From Deferrisomatales bacterium (GTDB lineage Bacteria > Desulfobacterota > Deferrisomatia > Deferrisomatales > JACRMM01): a DNA stretch of 64,000 nucleotides. Position numbers and translations under genes: made by a program. Shown piece by piece: positions 61,673 to 64,000 of the stretch; position 1 is the stretch's first letter; every line of letters begins with the position of its first letter. Under the pieces are notes generated by a model that was not told the origin of the DNA, did no database searches, and saw only the letters and a program-made list of their open reading frames with translations. The stretch is taken from positions 64,001 through 128,000 of the forward strand of contig JAWSUI010000002.1 of NCBI GenBank assembly GCA_033551855.1, in the 5' to 3' direction.

Positions 61673-63006
61673 TCAAGGGGAGGGGAGCGTCTCGTGGGCA
61701 GCCTCTAACGCTTCCCCCAGGGCCCCGACGAGGAAAACCAACTCCTCCTCGGTGACGGTGAGGGGTGGGCTCAAGAGGAGGTGGTCGCCGCGGATGCCGT
61801 CCGCACCCCCGTCGCCGGGGTAGGTGACGAGACCCCGGGCCATGGCCTCGGCCGCCACCTTGTAGGCCATCTTGCGCCGCGGGTCGAAGGGCTCCCGGGT
61901 CGCCTTGTCGGCCACCAGCTCGACGCCGGCGAAGAGCCCCAGCCCCCGCACATCCCCCACGAGGGGCAGGTCGGCCAGACCCTGGAGGGCCTCGAGCATC
62001 CTCTGCCCCAGGGCGGCCGAGCGTTCCACGAGCCGGTGCTCCTCCAGATAGCGCAGCACCGCCGCGCCGATCGCCATGGAGACCGGGTGCTGGCCGTAGG
62101 TGTGGCCGTGGGTGAAGCTCCCGGAGCCGCCGCGGATGGCTTCGTGGACCGAACGGCGCACCAGGACCGCCCCGATGGGGGCGTACCCGCTGGAGAGACC
62201 CTTGGCCAGCACGGTGAGGTCTCCTTCGACCCCCCAGTGCTGCAGCGCCAGGTTGCGGTCGGTGCGACCGGCGCCGGTCATCACCTCGTCCGCGATCAGG
62301 AGGATGCCGTAGCGGTCGCAGATCGCACGAATCCGCTGCCAGTACCCGTCCGGCGGGACCAACACGCCCGCGGTCGCCCCCACGACGGGCTCGGCGATGA
62401 AGGCCGCGACGCTCTCGGGCCCCTCGTAGCGGATGGTCCGGTCCAAGGCTTCCGCGCAAGGAAGACCACAGGACCCGACTCCCGCCCGAAGGGGCAACGG
62501 TAGCAGTAGCAGGGCTCCACGTGGGGCGTGTGCTGGATCAGCGGCAGGTAGGGGCTCCTGCGCCCCGTGTGTCCCCCCAGGGCGAGGGCGCCGGCCGTGT
62601 TCCCGTGGTAGGAGGTCCACCGGGACACGACCTTGTAGCGGTCGGGCCGGCCCATCTCGCGCCAATACTGACGGGCGAGCTTGACGGCGGTCTCGACCGC
62701 CTCCGAGCCCCCGGAGACGAAGTAGACCCGGTCGAGCTCCGGGTCCGGGGAGAGTGCCGCCACCCGTTGGGCCAGCTCCTCGCAGGCCCGGGTCGTGAAG
62801 TGGCTCCCGTGGGCGAAGCTCAGCGCGTCCATCTGGGCATCGGCCGCCTGCCGGATCTCGGGAACCCCGTGGCCGATGGTGACGACGCACGCCCCGCCGG
62901 AGCCGTCCAAGTAGCGCCTTCCGCCGGCGTCCCAGATCCACGCGCCCTCGGCGCGGACGGCTTCGGGGTAGGTCTTGGAGGGGCTCCGGTGAAATACGTG
63001 GGACAT
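61673..63006 (-). pseudogene. Class III PLP aminotransferase split by a 1-nt frameshift near 62475 (pseudogene or sequencing error)
   Basis: N-terminal half (YLDGSGG, SGGSEAVE, SYHG.T) is in one frame; C-terminal half (AEPVVG, IADEVMTG.GRT, AKG, HGHTY, RGLGL) is in another. Confidence 0.85.
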
Positions 63007-63066
63007 GGCTTCCTCCGTGGCGGTTGACCGGTGACGGGTGGCTAGGGCCTAGGGGCTCGGGCCACT

Positions 63067-63109
63067 GTCGTATCTGTCCCATGGGTCCTATAGGTCATAG
63101 GTCCCATCG
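63067..63109. repeat. Short tandem 9-mer repeat GTCCYATRG
   Basis: gtcgtatct gtcccatgg gtcctatag gtcatag gtcccatcg. Confidence 0.55.
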
Positions 63110-63129
63110 CTTCCCAGCGCGCAGCCTCC

Positions 63130-63963
63130 TCACGGTCTCTGCGCAATCCCCAGGATCTCCCGGGCCTGGGCCGGGGTTGCGATCGTTCGGCCCGCCTCCG
63201 TCGCGATGCGCACGGCGCGCTCCACCAACTGGGCGTTGGAGCGGGCGAGCTCTCCCTTTCGGTAGTAGAGGTTGTCCTCGAGGCCGACGCGCACGTGGCC
63301 TCCCAGGGCGAGGGTCGTCAGCAGGATCGGCAGGTGCCCCGTGCCAATGCCGATCGAGCTCCACGTGGAGCCCTCCGGGATGGTCCCCACCAGGTGGAGC
63401 AGCTCCCTGGGGGTGGCCGAGGCGCCCCCCGGGGCCCCCAGCACGAACTGGAAGTGCAGCGGCGGATCCAGCAGTCTCCGGTCTCGCAACCGCAGACAGT
63501 TGCCGATCATCCCGGAGTCGAAGATCTCGAGCTCCGGCTTCGTTCCCGCCTCCCGCATTCGCCGGGCCAGATCCTCGAGGAAATCCGGGGGGTTCAGGAA
63601 GACCCCGTCCCCGAGGTTCATGCTCCCGGCGTCGAAGCTCGCGAGCTCGGGGCGGAACTGCAGGGGGATGAAACGGGCCTCGTACGCCAGGTTGCGGCCG
63701 GGGATGCCGCTGGTGGTGAGGCACACCACCGGGTCCGCCCCGGAGGCAGCCAGACGCTCCAGCACCCGCCGGTAGAGCTCGGCGTCCTGGGTCCCCAGGG
63801 CCGTCTCCGGGTCACGGACGTGGATGTGCACCACGCTGGCGCCGGCTCGCGCCGCTTCGGCCGCAGAGTCGGCGATCTCCTCCGGCAGGATGGGGATGTG
63901 GGGGCACTTCTCCCGAGGGGTGCGGCTGCCGGTGATGGCGGCGGTGAGGATCACGGGGGTCAC
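63130..63963 (-). CDS. Beta-keto acid cleavage enzyme family (DUF849 / Kce-like)
   Basis: ILTAAITG, P..PEEIA, VHIHVRD, GSMN, KPELEIFD, GGHVRVGLEDN, ATP.QAREIL. Confidence 0.93.
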   Translation of the reverse strand: MTPVILTAAITGSRTPREKCPHIPILPEEIADSAAEAARAGASVVHIHVRDPETALGTQDAELYRRVLERLAASGADPVVCLTTSGIPGRNLAYEARFIPLQFRPELASFDAGSMNLGDGVFLNPPDFLEDLARRMREAGTKPELEIFDSGMIGNCLRLRDRRLLDPPLHFQFVLGAPGGASATPRELLHLVGTIPEGSTWSSIGIGTGHLPILLTTLALGGHVRVGLEDNLYYRKGELARSNAQLVERAVRIATEAGRTIATPAQAREILGIAQRP

Positions 63964-64000
63964 GTCGCAGTCCTCCTCGTGTCGCGGATCGGTGCCGTCT

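Overview
This is a GC-rich (roughly 70%) bacterial chromosomal window. Its gene content and order (cmk-rpsA-sppA, HIT-lapA-mutS, yqeY-cvpA-mutS2-dnaG-rpoD, futalosine mqnB/mqnD, lpxC-DUF4390-ntrY-ntrX, class III cytochrome c) point to a deltaproteobacterial-type anaerobe, possibly Deferrisoma-like; that assignment is inference only. Most of it is housekeeping DNA. I saw no tRNA, rRNA, CRISPR array, prophage or transposase gene. The most notable items are: (1) a stand-alone archaeo-eukaryotic-type primase-polymerase (AEP + PriCT-1 + Cys-rich tail) with its own sigma70 promoter, overlapping the start of the menaquinone genes mqnB-mqnD; (2) a ~210-bp MITE family with ISL3-like ends, with one intact copy carrying an 8-bp target duplication, two degenerate full-length copies and two end fragments; (3) an in-frame EngB(YsxC)-Cmk fusion; (4) a sigma54-driven OFA-family MFS transporter with an in-frame 4-Cys N-terminal extension; (5) a phasin-like gene with a PhaR-type operator inside its promoter; (6) a BKACE / class III aminotransferase (frameshifted) / TAXI-TRAP / Usp catabolic cluster; (7) a nitrilase-family protein lacking its catalytic Cys. 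All calls come from reading motifs by eye; no database searches were run.
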